A stretch of DNA of 64,000 nucleotides from Geosiphon pyriformis uo1 (taxonomy: Eukaryota > Fungi > Glomeromycota): contig JAAOMT010000772.1 of the NCBI GenBank assembly GCA_016748015.1, positions 375,541 through 439,540 of the forward strand. The letters are read 5' to 3'. The notes beneath the pieces were generated by a model. It was not told the DNA's origin. It did no database searches and was given only the letters and a program-made list of their open reading frames with translations. Each line of letters opens with the position of its first letter. Positions within the stretch are counted from its first letter, which is position 1. The position numbers and the translations under genes are program-made. Below, piece by piece: positions 41,764-54,325 of the stretch.

Positions 41764-43977
41764 CGAATCCAAGATATTCATATTAAGTGTATATTTTTCT
41801 TTTAGTTTTATTGAAAATATGTAATCTCTTACCAATATATTTGATTTTTGATTTGATTCCAATTCAAAAGACAAAATAACATTTTAACACGTTTTTATAA
41901 GAATTTTAATGGTTTCTTTAAAAAACCTAAAAAAAAAACTTGCCGGTAAAAACATGAAGCAAATTAATTAATGACTCTCAAAAGGCTATTTAGGAATGTC
42001 CAGAACAAAATATAATTTTTAGAATATAATATAAATTTAAAAAAAATTAATATTTGCATCAAAAATTTCCTACTTATTAGATTAGTATTCTTTAATACAA
42101 AAAATCTCTTGTTTAATAATAGTAAAATTTCCAATAGCTTTTTGCTTGGTACTCTTTTTAAAAAAAAAAGATCTACCTTTGAACGTCATGTTTAGGGTCC
42201 TAATCTAATACAAAATAGGACTTCTATAAGGATTAATAAAGTAAGAAGATTTAACTAAATTTTTTGATGAGTCATCAAAAAATATATTACTGCCAATGGC
42301 TTTTGTATCTGGTTTGGAAGTTTCGAAAAGAAATTTTGAGGGGTCAAACAAATTCAATCAAATGAATTCAATTACACCTTTTCGATTCACCTTAAAAAAA
42401 AATCAAGTTGAGGCTTCAATAAAAGGCTTATATCCGTTATTTGAATCACACAAAGGGACTCTAACGAAGAGTCAATTGTTGATCTTTCTTGTAGACAAGC
42501 AGACAGACAGACAGACATACAGACAGGGAAAAAACAAGTTAGTCAATTGTAAAATTCACACATGAGATTCAAGAATATCTCTTTAAATAAATTTTCTTGT
42601 TTAAAGTGATAAAGTTTTCTTTAAACTTCAGGAAATATGACTAATTTAGATCATTATCACCGTCATAATCGTCATGAGTATCAACAAGCTTTGGGTAAAA
42701 GCCTCACGGAATGGAGAAATAATTTTTTATTATTTCATATATTCTCATCAATTGAACGTTATATATGAGCCCCCATTCGAATATCTTTAAATGTGAAAGA
42801 TGAGAACTGGTTACAATGAAAAAGCCTCCCTTAGTGAAAATGGGTTTTTTTTTCTTGTTTTTTTTTTCTCACTTCCTTCTTAGAATGGAAACAAAGGGTT
42901 CATTCGATACTGGATTGTTCATTATATTTTTCTTTTTCTTTTTTTTTTTAAAAAATTGAGGAAATTCTTTTAGACTGCGGTCTCATTTGAGAAGAATTAG
43001 TTTATACTTGATTGATAAAGATTCTCACAAATTGGTTGTAAAAGTTTTTGTTTTAAAACTTTAGGGATCCTTTAATTTCCTTATTGTGATTAAAATTTTC
43101 TACCAATTAACTCATTGAGACTGATCATTTACAAAGATTTCATTAATTCATTCATTAATTAGTTAGTTTAGTTAGTTTAGTTAGTTAGTTAGTTAGTTAG
43201 TTCGTTCATTCGTTCATTCGTTCGTTCGTTCATTCGTTCGTTCGTTCTTTCGTTCGTTCGTTCATTTATTTATTTATTTATTTTTATTTATTTATTTATT
43301 TTTATTTATTTATTTATTTATTTATGTTTGAATCAAAATTTTGTGGCTTTACAAACTTTTAGAGTCTTTACTCGTTCAAAAAACTAGATTCGAAAATTTT
43401 TTTTTAAAAAAAAACTTTTTATTTAGTCGGTTTTCTGGTTGATTGATCCTGATGTAATCTAATGATATTTCAAAGAATTTCTATTTTGAGACTTAGAATG
43501 GCGGCTAGGTCCGGGTCTGTGCTCTCATTGTTGACTCTCTTCCTGAATTGCTACGATCGGTTGAAAAAAAAAACAAACTTTTGATTTCATATTTAGACCA
43601 AAAAATATTAAACTGATTGAAGCAAAGGAAATCAAAAAGATCAAATCAATAGATAAATAAAAAAGAATCTAAAATACAAAGACTCTCACGTTTCCGAAAA
43701 ACATGTGACAATATAAAGGAAAAAGAAAACGAGATTTTTTTGAATTTGGAATATTTGAATTTTGCGCCAATTATTATTAAGTTGAAAGGTCAATGTTCTG
43801 CTGGGTGAATTTGGAAGTTTTTCGAGGCAGGTTGAGGCTTTGATCATTTGTTTTTTGGTTGAGAGAACCTGTTTTATTATCTTGAAGAAAATCACGTATT
43901 ATTTAATTATTCACGATTAACAAGGTTCGAAATTAAATTAAAAAATCTGGGGGTTATTTCAAAGGTTTGTAATTGAG

Positions 43978-43982
43978 TAGTA

Positions 43983-44021
<39 letters not shown>

Positions 44022-44024
44022 GTA

Positions 44025-44096
<72 letters not shown>

Positions 44097-44177
44097 GTAG
44101 TAGTAGTAGTAATAGTAGTAGTAATAGTAGTAATAGTAGTAGTAATAGTAGTAATAGTAGTAGTAGTAGTAATAGTA
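43978..44177. repeat. Compound (AAT)n/(AGT)n microsatellite, representative of dozens of SSRs in the window
   Basis: Direct reading. Others include 24492-24596, 24930-25025, 31066-31120, 33243-33348, 43138-43325, 44855-44987 and 62843-63050. Confidence 0.95.
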
Positions 44178-44852
44178 GTTTAAGTTTAAAATAAAATGTC
44201 AAGCTTAATTAAATTAGATTAAATTAAATTAAATTAAATTAAATAAATAAATTTAAAATTTAAAATTCTTTTAATGAACACCTAAATTCAAAATTTAAAA
44301 TAATCACCTACATATTAAGTATTGACTTTATTTTAAAATAAAAATTAATTTTTTTCATCTTTAAAAAATCTTGAAAATCATAAAAGGAAACGTGACAAGA
44401 ATACTTGAAATACAACTGTGCATACCTTTTTTTTCAATTCGTGAGTAGGGGGGGGGGATTTTTGAAGGGACACAATACCTACCTACCTACCTACCTACCT
44501 GTCTGCTTGCCTTAGTTACAAAGAACAAAAAATATCCTTTAATCATTTTTGATATCGGTACACATCATCATCATCTTTATGCGTGCTAAAAATAAATTCT
44601 CACTCCTTTCACAAATAAACCCTGCATCATCATCATCATCAACAACAACATCAAATTCCCCAGTCAAACAAACCTCATTTTGAAATAACCATTTATGTAA
44701 CGTTGTCAAATTTCTATTAATAGTAATGGTCAAACACATCACTTTTATTTAATTTTAAAAAAATATCATTTTTGAATACAATTCGAGGTCGTGTTTGTGC
44801 TATTTAGTCAATTCCCATCAGAATATTTATGTTAACCAAGGTTTTTTACTTT

Positions 44853-44883
<31 letters not shown>

Positions 44884-44892
44884 AAGAGAGAA

Positions 44893-44990
<98 letters not shown>

Positions 44991-47900
44991 TTCGACTCGA
45001 TAAATTCGGTAGAATAAATTAGCCGAAATTATATGATCATTAGAAGTATTTATAATAAAATAAAAATGTCGATTATTTCCAATTTTTTCTTAAATGGTAA
45101 TGCAACGGGTAGCATGATAGATCACAAGTTCAAATATGAACATTCTCATGGTAGATTCTTTGTGCATAGAACAATTGGAAATTAGGAAATGGGAAAAATG
45201 GTTCTGAATTCTCTGATTCACAAATTATTATTATTATTATTATTATTTTAATAAAAAACCACCATTTTGTCTGTATTCATTGAATTAAGAAGAATGATTC
45301 TTGTAAACAATTAAAAGATTTTTAATATTAATCTTGAAAATACTGTGTTAAATTATAAGGCTAAAAGATTTTTTTTTTTGCTCAAAATTTCATTTCACAT
45401 TTTTCCGCCAACTACTGAGGTAATTTAAAATTAGTATTTCTTTCCTCCCCCCCCCCCTAAAAAGGAATTCTTTTTTCAAAATGAATCTCATTTGAAAAAT
45501 TAAAAAACCCCCAAAAAATATAAAAGATATATTGTTCAACTATGCAAAAGATTTAATTCAAGTATCCATATTAATAATCAAGGTTTATTTAAAGTTTAAA
45601 CAAAAGAAGCCATTCATTTTATGAAAAAAATTTCAATAATTTTCGGTTTTGAACAGTATGACTTATTTCTTTAACCTACCAGTTCATTCTTTAACTTTAA
45701 AATATCAATCTAGTTTTACGTAAGACTGGTTAGTAATTAGAATTAACGTTGTGTGAAAATCTATCTCTTCGAAAGAGAATGGTTGTAGAAAAACGTTGGT
45801 TCCACTTGTATTCAAACTTCCCTGGTTTTTTTTTTGCCACAACCATAGAAAGTGGCAAATGTTCCTTTTGTGGCAATGTGGCAATCGTATTTTCTTTGAC
45901 CAGTATCACCCAATCTAGTGTCTCAATTGGGTTCTCAGCCCAAAAGACGAAACTGGACAGTAGAAAGCATTAGGTTATTAGTCTACTCTTGGAAATAAAG
46001 TTCAAAGATAATGTTTTGAGTTGTACCTTTAATTTGTTTATAATGTCAAAAAACCGGATTCATGAGTTAAAGTTATTATTGTTATAATTAAGCGGGGAAG
46101 ATGAATAGAAAACAAGTAATGTATTTGAAAAAGAATCCAACAACGTGATTCATGAAAATTTTCAAGATAACAGATAATAATAAATATAAATTCAATTTTT
46201 TTTTTTTTTCAAGATTTTTAATTCTCATTAACCAATTTGGGAAAATTTTAAATTCTTTTTTTCCATCCCCAAATGAACTTTTTTTTTTTGTAATTTTTTT
46301 TAATTTTTCCAATAAAAATTAATTGTCCAATCTGAGTACATACGTATTATGGTAAAGATCATTTTCAGATAATGCATTCATTTCAAAATATAACACCATT
46401 ATCAATAAAAATTTATTTATTTCGTGTCTTTTTTTGGACATACATTTCGCTTTTTTTCGTAGTTTGTACCTTCCAAAAAAAATACGCCTATATATATTTC
46501 TCATAATAAACGTGTAATTTATTCTTTAATTGATTGATTGCAAATATGCTATTGTTTTTATTTGTTGTTGTTGTTGTTGTTTTTGTTGTTTTTGTTTTTG
46601 TTGTACAATTAACCTTTTTTTCCTTTTTTCTTTGCTTATTAAGAACACATTTTGCGAAACAGAAAGTTTTCATTCATTCATTCATTCATGATGAAAAGTT
46701 CTAAAATTCTAATAAAGCATCTATTTGTGTATCTCACCAGATGGTACTTTTTCTTTTTCTTTCTTTTTCTTTTTTTTGCAAAACAAAGATTTTGAATTAA
46801 TATCGAAAGGAAAGAATTATACGATAAATCCTTTTAAATTTTAATAATTAATTGAAAATCTAATTTCTGATTATCAAAAAGGGGGTATGGATAATCCCAA
46901 AAAAAAAAATTTTTTTATTATTATTTATTTCAGAACTTTTTATTATCAACGTTTTATCCTCCCAATGAATGTGGTCTTTAATAATATAAATTTGTTTTTA
47001 AATGACCTAGTATTTATTTCAAAAAACCACTTTTCTTGTGCATTTTAAAATTTTAATTAAAATACATAAAATATTTTTCTCATAATTACATTAAAATTTG
47101 ATTTCATCCAATTTATTTCCATTGAATCCAATTTCTGAAAGGAGAGTTTCAAATAAATGAATAAACTTACTAACCACTTCCCTCAAAAATATATGATTAA
47201 AAAAAAACATTCAAACTAATAATTTTTTGAAAAATTTTCTTATGTGGTGGATTTTCAAAATACTTTTCTATATTTATACCGTTTACTTAAAAATGGTTAT
47301 TAAAAAATTGTACTAAAGTGAAAAAAAAATTGTATTTCGAAATTTTTGCTCAAATAAATATAAAAATAAAAATTATTATTATTATTATTATTAATTTTCT
47401 GCTAATTTGAATATGTGAAACCCTTTCCTGATTATCAATTGGTGTTCAAAAACTTTTTCCATTTAGAAATCAGTTTAATTAATTAACTGGTTTTTATTCC
47501 AGTCTTAATCAAACTTTCCTAGTTTGAAATAATCATTTAATATATCTTTCCTATTTTAATTAAATTATCCTTTTCAAGATTTTTTTCTTTTTTTAGAAAG
47601 ATTTTTAATAAACTCAAAGTTTTTTTTTTTTTTTTCTGAAATAGGTTTTTTGTCCAATGATAATTTCAAATTTGTTACTTGACAAAAACTTGAAAAATGT
47701 GTGTATTATCGTCTGATTTTTTTTCAAAAAACTAAAATAACCAGAAATAAAACTAAAAAGTTTATTTTAATTAAAAATTTTTTAATATACTATACTTTGA
47801 CCACTTCTTTCAACATCTTCTACTCAAATAAAAATAATACTTGGCTTGTTTCATATTTAAGAGTTCTAAACAGAATGAATTTACGAATTATTTCGTAATA

Positions 47901-48785
47901 ATAATAATTATTATTATTATTATTTTAAATGTCTTTTTTGGATACAATAAAAATCTTGTAATATACATATATATATATATCTATATATTATTAAAAATGA
48001 AAATTAGGAAATTGATTTTCAAAAAAAGTTTTTTCTAGAATATTTACCGTAATCTAAAATAGATGGATGGATTACAATGTTTTCTTTGACGATACTTTTT
48101 CGAAGATCTATTTTTCCATTTTTTTTTCTACTTTTCCATTTTTTTATTTTAAAAGATATTTATGGAATATAAAAGATTAGTTAAACTATAGGAAATCTCT
48201 AAATAAATAGAATAACAACCACAACCACAAAAACAACAAAAACAACAACAATAACAAGAGAAAATTTGCAATTACGATTTACTGAAGATTCAAAAACCGG
48301 CTGGCTGACTTGATTTTTTTGAAATTAAAAATTTTTCTCTAATTATAGTGTGTGTGTTTGAATTTCTGTAATTCTTGTGAACCGAGGTAGAGATCATCAA
48401 ATAAATATTTAATTTCATTTATTTTTCTTTACCAGAATTCCATGAAAGATTACCTCAAAATCTTTTGTTCATCTCGTGTCATTGTGTTCTTCACTTTTGT
48501 GTTTTCAATGACTAGAAAATATCGCAACTCTCGAGAAGATCATCGTTAAATCTATTCGTTTATTCATGCAACTTTATTACCCCGTTTGAAATGTGCATTG
48601 TGATCAAAAAATTTCCTTTGCACAAAAATAAGTTTGTGGCTCTCTATCTCAATATGTATTGGATATGATTATTATTATTAGAAACCTGAGTCGAATCTAG
48701 GTCAAAAGGACAAAATTTTGAACTTTTTAATTTTTTTTAGGGTCTGATTCAAATTAGGGTAACCACCCTTATTTATTTATTATTT

Positions 48786-48830
<45 letters not shown>

Positions 48831-49582
48831 ATGTTCTACAGATTTAATTGACACCCAAAAATAAAATAAAAAACTTAGACAGGGATCTTATTTAAACCAC
48901 TCTTTTTATAGTGCAAAATTAGTATTATGTGCTCCCATTGACTGCATCAATTTTCTGCAAGCTTAAATTAAAAATCTATAATTAATTCTTTGTATTAGTT
49001 TAGTAAACCCGATGATTTTTATTTATGTACTTGAAATTATATACTTTCCATTTTCTATTAAATTCGCAAGCCTTTTTAGACGTTTTTTGGTAATTCCTCG
49101 GTAAATGTGCATTGTTTGTTATCTCATCTATTATTCATCGTAAGTGAAACGGTTTTCTGTCGTGCAAATTTATTTTAATGATCAATCAGGAAAACTGGAT
49201 ATTTTGTTTCATCTCATTTATGTTTACGGTATATATATATATATATATATATATATGACGTTTGATTGACATTTAAGATATGATCTGACTGCTCATGGTT
49301 CGATTTGTCCAAGATTTATTGGGATTTCTTGAAGAATTGCCTTTTTTTTTTTCTTTTTCATTATTATCGACCATAAACGAAGGGAGACCATTTGAAAAAT
49401 TAACAAAAAGAAAAAATATTCATATTTTAAATTAATATGATTACCAAATCTTTACATTCTTCATATTCTTCAATCCATGATGCCTTTGAAAAAAATAATA
49501 ATCCTTGACATAGATGTCTCTTTAAGGAAATAAATGGTTAAAGGGGTTATCACGAAATGATTAAAAGTTTTTTATAGGAGCA

Positions 49583-49622
<40 letters not shown>

Positions 49623-50329
49623 AGTTAATGAAACGATAATTCCGTTATCAGAAAAAAAAAAAAAACATTCAGAGTATCTTTTTATCTTTATTATTTTTTT
49701 CAAATAGCTGACTTGTCCTATTTCTGAAACAATATTTTCTGCCAAAAGTCTAAATAAATGGTTTTTTAATTTTTTGAAACTAACAGGGTTTAAAAAGATT
49801 ATCAAATCAAAGACCTTTTCATGAAAAATGGTTGGGCATCCTTTTTTTTAAAAAATTGCCAAGAAACCAACGTTTTTTTAATGGTCAAAAACTTTTGGGA
49901 CACGTTTTATTTAAGAATATATAGGATATTTTTAAATGGTCCAATTAAAAAAAAAATAAAAAACCTATTTATAATACATTACATCTAGAAAAGATTTGAA
50001 GATTTTTCTATAAGAATTTCTTTTGATTTTCTTTTGTATTTAAAAGTGCAAAACGTTCCCCGTTTATAAAAACAAAACCCTTTGAGATTCAAACAATCCT
50101 TTATTTAATTTTTTTTTGATTTCGATTTAATACTTATCGTTTGGAAAAGGTTGATATAAATCTTTACTACTTTGGAAACTAAGATGTCTGTTAAGTATCC
50201 TCATCTGGGTTTAATGATAATTTTCCAATAATAAATCGCAAAAGGCTTTATATTTTTGTTTTTTAGTAAAGATATTAATAAAATATAGTATGGGTTTTTT
50301 AAATACGAATAATACATAATAACAATAAC

Positions 50330-50390
<61 letters not shown>

Positions 50391-50460
50391 GATAATAAAT
50401 TTTGAGTCATTATAAGATTTAAGTTTATTTTTTATTTTATTTTTAAAAAAATTTTTTTTA

Positions 50461-50820
50461 GCACCAAAGGGTGAGCATTTGGTTGCCGAATTCCAAGCTG
50501 AGGGTGGATTGTGAAAAGAGGGGTTTTGATTGTTGATGATGGGTTGGTTTTGGTCGATTTTCGTGGTTTGACCGAGGGATTTTGTTCGTAGAGAGGGTTT
50601 TGCTCGGGGTCGGCTTGTCAATTTTGGTCTCGCCGCTGGTTTGCGAGTTAGTTTCTGACGTTTTTTGTAGGCCTGTAGGTGTTTTTAGTGCTTTCGACGC
50701 GTGGTGTTGCCTTGATCGGCTCGAGTGGCTCGTCACGTGTAGAAAAGGCATGAGCCACACTTATTTTGGAATTGTATTGTAGTAGTGGTTGGGGTGCCAC
50801 TCGTTAAAATAAAATAAAAC
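50461..50820 (+). mobile_element. 5'-truncated LINE (or SINE) 3' end with 16-bp TSD
   Basis: Flanked by AAAAAAATTTTTTTTA at 50445-50460 and 50821-50836. Has a (TAAAA)n tail, a TTTT|AAAA insertion site and homology to 12168-12229. Confidence 0.8.
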
Positions 50821-51051
50821 AAAAAAATTTTTTTTACTCATTATATTGAAAATAAACATTTCACACAATCTAATTTTAAATGAATTTATCGAATATTTAG
50901 ACCTTAAGTCATTTTTAATTGAAAAGAAGTTTTTTCACTCTATTAAAAAAAAATATCTTTTTGAAATTTGAAATTTTTTAAAATCACTAATAACTACATA
51001 ACTGTGTATATAATGGTAAAAAATAAATAAATAAATAAATAAATAAATTTT

Positions 51052-51092
<41 letters not shown>

Positions 51093-52502
51093 TTGAAATT
51101 TTAAAAATAAATTTACGGTTTTAATTGAAAAGTAAAAAAATTTTTTTTTTCAGAAATTAATGAGAAAATATTTACTAGGTATTTTTACTTTTTTTTATTT
51201 ATTTGATTTATTTATTTATTTATTTTATTTATTTATTTATTTATTTATTATTATTTTTTTTAACAATTAAATAAAATTATTTCTTAATCTTTTTATCAAA
51301 AAATAAAAATAGTTTATATTAGTTACAAATAAGTAGAAAATTCATAAAATTATAATTTTAAATTCTTTTTACCCGATATTCAATTTCAACTGTGAGTTAG
51401 AACTTTGGTAACTGATTAAATTATTATATGCAAGCCCAATACTTATTATAGAAACCACCTACCTATTGACCTCAATAAAATTGAAATAGATACTCACATA
51501 GAGCTATTATTAATATATAGTAGCGCTACTTCCGAATTGCTCGAGTTGTCTTTTTATCGATAAATCAACTTTATGATTTACTTACTCCGTAATAATCCAG
51601 AATCAATATTTTGCTATTTTTCCCATGTTTAGGTAAAGAAAGGGGGAAACTAATTATTCATAAATTTATCAATAATATCAAATATTCACCCAGTACCCTG
51701 AAGCAAAATATGAAACATTGATACAGAAGGAATACAATTTATACTTTTATAAATTTTAAAGAACTTGGTTTATTACGAAAAAATTGAAATATAATATATG
51801 GAAAAAAATAATAGTTTAATAAAAATTTTGTGATTAATCCTCAGAATATATAATCAAGAATTAGAATTAATTAAAGGAAAATAAAAATATTTATATTTCG
51901 GTAATCATAGAAGCAAAAAAAAACTGAATTCTTTAAAATAAAATTTATCATATCAACGCAATAAAAAATGCAGGAGAGTTCCCCCATCATTTGTTACGAA
52001 AATATTAAGAAATTTTTTACAAAAATCAAAGGAAAGGAAAGGAAAAGGAAAAGGAAAAGGAAAAGGAAAAGGAAAAGGAAAAGGAAATTTGAGAGGTATT
52101 GGTACGGATCGAACCTTTATCAAAATCCCTCAGGCAATCGATTCATCAATTAATACTAACGATCCGCTAACGAAAATAAATTACTCGAAGAGAAATTAAA
52201 GGCATTTGAAACCTCCTTTTGTACTTATAAATTCTTTTATTTAAAGAATTATCTTGAAATTTAATGATTCATTTTCACTTTTTAAAGTCTGATCTTATTT
52301 ATATGATTTAAATTAAATGTTGTAATTTGATATATGCTCATACTGAAAATTATACTTTTAAAAAAACTCACCATTTCCTTCTTATAAAATAAAAATTTGA
52401 AGTAAACATTAAAAAATTGATAAATGAAAACTAAAAAATTTTTTTTTAATAGAACGTGTAATTTGTCAATTTATAGCTAATATTTATAAATTGTAAAACA
52501 TC

Positions 52503-52980
52503 AAAAATAGGCAATACTAATGCCCAGAAGAAGATCCCCCGAGTGCTATTGTCATCTCTATTCATAACAAGGTTACAATTCCGGCATTTTTATACCTCGG
52601 ACCCTCCAATTCTTTGGACGTTACTACAGCAGCTAGAGGTATTGGAGTTATAAGCTTCATTCTGTACAATGACACAGATTGGCGAGCATTTTTCGCGTAA
52701 TTTTTCTTATCATGTTAGATTGTCTTTTCGTGAATTACATTTCGCCACATACATGCTACTACTTTATCAAGTCTTTTGCCTTCTTTTTACGTTTGGAGGT
52801 TGATTGTGTGAACTTATCTTTACGTGATATCAAATTGTTCATATAGGTGCAAAGACGAAAAATGCATTCAATATCATGTTCCCCAATTTTACCTACAGAG
52901 AATACCAGGTGAATGGTATACGAATGCGATAGTAAGTAACCTTGCCATCACATGTGATCTTGTGTGGATTGGGCCATTTA
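52503..52980 (-). pseudogene. tnpB: TnpB/Fanzor2 RuvC nuclease remnant
   Basis: Manual translation: CDGKVTY / IRIPFTWYS / GKIGEHDIECIFRLCTYMNNLISRKDK...SKRKKKAK / RLDKVVACMWRNVIHEKT / SNMIRKITRKML / CVIVQNEAYNSNTSSCCSNVQRIGGSEV*KCRNCNLVMNRDDNSTRGIF. The last block has the EAYTSKTC - zinc finger - DRDxN layout. Confidence 0.85.
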
Positions 52981-53809
52981 TTTTTTTTTCAAGGTGGTAC
53001 AGTGTTATCTTTAAAAATAAAAAGAATAAAGATGGCATAAAAATGAGATAAGTAATGATATAAATCAATTTTTTTAAAAAAAATGGAAAAAATTAATTAT
53101 TTTCACCTTATGTCCATGTGCATATGAATAAAAGCAATTCAAAGGTAACTTGAGCAGAAATTGTTATGATGTGATACAGTGCCTTACGGGATTGAGCCAC
53201 GGTGCTGTCTCTGAGGTTGCCATTATTACCCAATGTGATTGATTGACTCTGCCTTTTTGCCTTTGACCTCCTCCAATATGCCTTCTCCCATTCTATAAAA
53301 CTCGTGGTTCTCTTCGAAAATGCGATCTTTGACGGGCACAAACTCTTCCAGGATATTTTTGCCATCCACACAATCTTAATTTGCTGCATGCAGGGAAGCA
53401 GAGCCCCTCGCTAATAACGAAAACGCAGGAACAAAACCCAAGGGAAAGGCGACAGCGCCAGTGACAAATTTCACAAGACGGAAGGCACGTTAATAGTCAA
53501 GATGTAACTCAAGGATCCTATTGAAGCGATGGATAGGGCTTAGCGAGATTTGCCTTAAATACCGTGGTAGGATGGAGGTAAAATTATTATGAAGCAAGAT
53601 GGTATCACGGAAGGAATATGGTTAAAACCTACGACGTTTCAACAAAAAACGTCTTCTTTTTGGCGATGTCTCTCGAGTATCTGGGGTGAAAGAAAATTTT
53701 GCAGAGCCATCATCCCTCTTAAGAGGTTGCTTAGGCTCAGCCCCTGCCAAAATCACAGACGAAACGATTGATCAAGCATTGGTTGCTCAAAGAAAGTTAT
53801 CAAAAACGT

Positions 53810-53963
53810 AATGCACAGCGACAAGGGTCATGAACACATCCATATTTCTTTTTGATCATTCCAGTATGGTTTTAAACCCCTGGCGCTTGAAGTTTGACGC
53901 CAAAGGCCAATATTGCTGACGAGCTCATATGTCAAGAGTCGGGCGAGGTGGTGGTATCAACAT
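53810..53963 (-). pseudogene. tnpA: IS607 TnpA serine recombinase remnant
   Basis: YELVSNIG(S)G(V)NFKRQGFKTILE at 53859-53929 with small frameshifts (family motif DIGSGxNxKRxG), followed by HDPCRCA, a degraded HRDRLCRFA. Confidence 0.75.
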
Positions 53964-54325
53964 TTTGAGAAGTTAGAGGAAAAAGGTGATGTATATATAA
54001 TTTCGCGATTTTGAACCTAATAAGCAATTACTAAGCAACTGATTAATATATTTTCATCGGTATATTTTAATCACGCTGTTTCTGCTATATTCAGAGAAAT
54101 GTCGCAATGTTGACGATATCTTTTTTCAGTATAAAGAATACTTTTACACCATTGATTTAGTGAAAAAACTTAATTTATTCATAAGTAATCATTGATTGTT
54201 TCCTCATTCTATAATGATCCAAAGGATTTTTTCTTGTAGGGCAACTAGCTTGAAATCCCTCTTATTTGTATTCGAGGTTTCCCCACCTATCAGGAGAACA
54301 CTTTCTCAACACCATCCATAACAAA

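Larger units (their letters stand above)
52446..54060 (-). mobile_element. Decayed IS607-type element (tnpA plus tnpB/Fanzor2); ends approximate
   Basis: Minus-strand TnpA serine-recombinase motifs upstream of TnpB/Fanzor2 motifs in IS607 gene order, in a block with higher GC than its flanks. Confidence 0.75.

Noticed and set aside
52824-53771. ORF-track calls 52824-53051(+), 53108-53389(-) and 53589-53771(+) as genes
   Set aside because: No recognisable motifs; the informative motifs lie in other frames of the decayed IS607 element.
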